Source of the DNA: a virus
Virus record (IMG/VR): IMGVR_UViG_3300021373_002787
Coordinates: 1-64,000 of that record
Direction: 5' to 3' (one strand)
Length of the DNA: 64,000 nucleotides
Of this stretch, positions 63,101-64,000 are shown in pieces; the first letter of the stretch is position 1, and each line of letters starts with the position of its first letter. The notes beneath the pieces are model-generated. The model saw nothing but the letters and a program-made list of their open reading frames with translations, ran no database searches and was not told the DNA's origin. Made by a program: the position numbers and the translations under genes.

Positions 63101-64000
63101 ACTTGTTAATGTCTGAGGGCAATAATAAAATCCAACCGCATCTTCTAGGTTTGTAAATAACGGAATGTTATAATCACTAACTATTTCATCATATGTTAAA
63201 GTTTCACCGCCATAGTAGTAGTAAAATGTAGTTTGCGTGGCAGAACTACAATAGTCAGTAGCGTCGTTAGAATAGTATAGGCTTATTTCTGTACCCGCAC
63301 TTGGAATATTATTTGCACATTTAAAAGGAAGATATGCGTTTAGTGCAACTCCACCTAAAGAATCAAAGTTTTCATAATCAAATGGATCACCATCCGCGTG
63401 ATGCCAATCACCATTAGTATCAAATAGATAAAACTCATTAATATCATCACCATAGTAACCTGCAAAGCTACCATCAAATGGTCGCATTCCAGGAGTGGTA
63501 GCTAAATCAGAAATCGAAACAGTCTCCGGTGGAGGACATGTTTCAAATATGTAAAGAGTCTCTGGAGTACCTGCGTTTTCTTGATTGTATATTAATTCTT
63601 CAATTGAAGAAAATTCAGTACCGCTCAGGTAATAAAAAGTTACCTGACCCTTTTCAATACAATATTCGCCATTTGGACTATTAGGATCGGTCAGAGAAAA
63701 GTATGCCGTCAATGACCTTATTTCAGGATAACCTAAACCATCAAAAACACATGGAGTTGGATATTGACCATCGACCCTTCCTCCGTTTTGTAATCTCCAA
63801 GGGGCTATTGAACCGGCAACTGTGTTATCAAACGCTACTTCTGAAATCCATCCATTTTCAGGAGGTTCACCAAACGAACCTGGAGTATCAGTTATAAATG
63901 TCGGTATATTAGCGCTATTAAGCTGTGTTAACGTCATTCCTAACTGTGCACCTGGGCTAGAAGGAGAATAATATAACCTATATTGACCGCTCAGTGCACC
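57179..64000 (-). CDS. Very large virion structural protein (>2270 aa), 5' end beyond the window
   Basis: The frame stays open from 63937 to the window end (GALSGQYRLYYSPSSPGAQLG-M...). Cys/Tyr/Gly-rich N-terminal repeats and a large beta-rich body, located in the tail block. Confidence 0.75.
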   Translation of the reverse strand, partial: GALSGQYRLYYSPSSPGAQLGMTLTQLNSANIPTFITDTPGSFGEPPENGWISEVAFDNTVAGSIAPWRLQNGGRVDGQYPTPCVFDGLGYPEIRSLTAYFSLTDPNSPNGEYCIEKGQVTFYYLSGTEFSSIEELIYNQENAGTPETLYIFETCPPPETVSISDLATTPGMRPFDGSFAGYYGDDINEFYLFDTNGDWHHADGDPFDYENFDSLGGVALNAYLPFKCANNIPSAGTEISLYYSNDATDYCSSATQTTFYYYYGGETLTYDEIVSDYNIPLFTNLEDAVGFYYCPQTLTSGFAPLGYYGENTIFYTQFIGASGWGTTGNCILGGNLTPRSIDVNLAKCDTSNNVLSICHYPKETTTLYYMSAATVDLITLAQYNIYLYTTEQAAINSDYNLIVGEGSDVLLMAADGSIVSDEYLQFTGGYYIGRDSSGNVQTTYQQIPNTGMTNGLTCPLVVSPSISESELLDDGGYNVFYVFYGCNPTAINQSSPTSFDAHTMYVVDGLHRIGETSPISDLIDYMKVQNKLVLSSAVNGVCQCLEYAHTLRSEDIDSAKLLLENYYPNVVDVSPTEIGIGSLEVVSLFPDCGNCAIANNPLLYTMAEYETPAPIVPGPNMDIEKNYELDNVSKPLLRTNPKLSTNVKVVVDGLDNIYMDSFDANQNLADSKYKRYEISADSSYAYDVSRFYSDNKTPIDSTFDVFREYSDFSVLDQYRKQIEEMYQYGTKINKSKLYDEEYRILAPIWLDLNVPKKFVIYRLNNPNPDLDLGDGAVGKKSRILKAVANSEIVKVFDLSKQSSIGKYLRSYVQDEFFPSSPITVTMEEGEKSTFNGIDLIKGGFVQKGEYIYDDYVKSDLSMTDANDFITDGFRRNKVACANLVNLEFMFDDPTAGEYSVNRYFGLYVDDFDSGIGEVSYVQDRIIKFKSIDSYLQGGDPTFAIPEHRLLRDTGLLAYAKIRDDFYTLDPLKTYDAKRFNVSIGANDEVVKSRLGITSKEVSAELINNPNADADYIKFKIVGTPGLNDSIKVSMIKKEAVRFKVIKNVNGETITITDFAGNYVEFSTGATGNDTWNNLSLKWSEVEYDIENNTGIYSAAEHAFYNRYDLSLEITNQNNSVVFVERKSNLVDNELVVTSTGSTIIAADEIYTNVNPTIGNFFADISGGLGRKRFTSDSFSGLGSYNDIAFALSSAIRNNSDFDSYSIGDAVYVKSKVNGYDLKNATLLIRSSNLTQFIQAENVDTSNKLNLGGDILSLFNAHFFTGGNSAGKSVFVPSETVGVIEAGDFIPTNYTGVYNQVIHISDDTTNRNGTYKKLVLKDKNALKTRDYNIFANNRVTLGLFSAYDMYDMDFDFYSTSNSDLKELDLENSTNVTYQPQVDSNDPAVTLGVGTLEDSKNEIISPEFGNDPIDYFGNLLPLLKNEDSKTVETEKIYSEYDRLKENYTKEKSTDSRVVPTINKWVLKDGTTVREEPYHLNTNEAFGRTNFSPDITKEGREPGSFTHEWFYIDNWPTYFMPDTVNSGNIGAYSDDFNKGFSYINFVNDFEITKSLFESTQYDYFDRFMVGEGTETSTFINDGGVLYNPIFWSKANLTKKYTLIDGGSDVDFSSTIFKGLKFTFKKRKEDQSIVATEFVKNSDFNGYRFSVLAKTRTNSGTNSIDYEFIKNDKFKFIILMIDINIDDSFVNYINRKYMYELQHRIVSSFDTSGNPIYVYADVEIDGAIDVTNIQFNQPGPYVATGIPHNNGTVSRFDQQIAPGRDGTFGRIKIDYGQNYTPNGEDVFIDVVSVLGNEQLQISGPPYYTDANTGLKVNLNPLAIPYSVQTAATYTYIGGGVNAYEVLFNQLSANYFSNLVNNNPGEVTFTTISENGTSLTNQYAVGLDDGNEIVKESTLVAVDDVNRPKSFKLSKQTIGYDIVSQNPYYPFLIRHNGNYTVGLKPVVTFTDIYSFNKVLRNQKDYEPFNRSLKEPYYKMRISSTYDIYKSLAFYNKFNRLGVAFNLGFISDGGEHDKDWGMIKNHFYHKVNEINTLSVTKLSESSEYLPQYPLIGEVAIDKKDVNVFKSSWEAGYYTRSLNGGGVESVPGTISTLEEKSYLGSSAVKTKPSYAIYEFTTSSVNSETTLDGIKLKSNNTTDVVFFEDKDVILADFYLDDLIAKIIGEDGLSATIEKFVDPANSAGDKETVEDDAILYALDNMVPLYNIDSIDIYTNKFKGSGSEVVSSASIDLIDNGGYENDNNFTYEVHGKKSLNFRLIYNKKLGYSYSIRALIKIQS

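Noticed and set aside
951-63897. Dozens of short plus-strand and alternate-frame ORFs in the ORF track (e.g. 12084..12554, 20413..20928, 13435..13824)
   Set aside because: They lie antisense to or inside well-supported genes, with Ser/Phe/Leu-rich shadow composition and mostly non-ATG starts.
1-64000. Stop-codon reassignment as in some large phages
   Set aside because: Core genes are full length in code 11, and TAA, TAG and TGA all occur as stops at sensible gene ends.
1-64000. tRNA or rRNA genes
   Set aside because: No cloverleaf with a T-loop GTTCRA consensus was seen in the short intergenic regions; tRNAscan-SE would be needed to exclude them fully.
1-64000. Eukaryotic giant virus or cellular origin (RFC-like, PolB, TATA-like motifs)
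   Set aside because: T4-type portal, MCP, protease, terminase, gp55 and intrinsic terminators identify a tailed bacteriophage.

Overview
This 64-kb window is the conserved core of a large, AT-rich T4-like (Tevenvirinae-related) myovirus genome in the standard genetic code. All supported genes but one lie on the minus strand. From left to right it holds: terminase large (partial) and small subunits, an enlarged gp14-like neck protein, clamp loader and RNase H, a head module (MCP gp23, a fused gp21 protease-gp22 scaffold, portal gp20, gp2, gp4), a miniature gp55 late sigma, gp15, gp46/47, a gp33-like protein, gp41 helicase, UvsX, a DNA polymerase B split into two distant genes, a sliding clamp, class I RNR (nrdA/nrdB), a 2OG-Fe(II) oxygenase, methylglyoxal synthase, UvsW/UvsY/primase/gp32/RuvC-like genes and the start of a tail/virion module (last gene partial). 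The most unusual part is a ~12.3-kb array (33.9-46.3 kb) of 16 tandem genes, most starting with a MKH(V/I/L)KLFEQF(V/I)NE-type peptide that resembles the T4 internal-protein capsid-targeting sequence. The DNA encoding this peptide is a ~40-bp repeat, also found inside genes, where it brackets apparently inserted modules. The array contains four nucleotidyl-transfer-type enzymes (Pol-beta-like NTase, HxGH transferase, two ligase-fold proteins). Three position-conserved promoter classes can be read directly from the sequence: GATATATA (late), GAAAC-N17-TATAA (replication genes) and TTTTTATGTCA-N11-TATATTAG (likely host-RNAP/early). A Bacteroidota host is inferred. All product calls come from motif recognition by eye; no database search was run.
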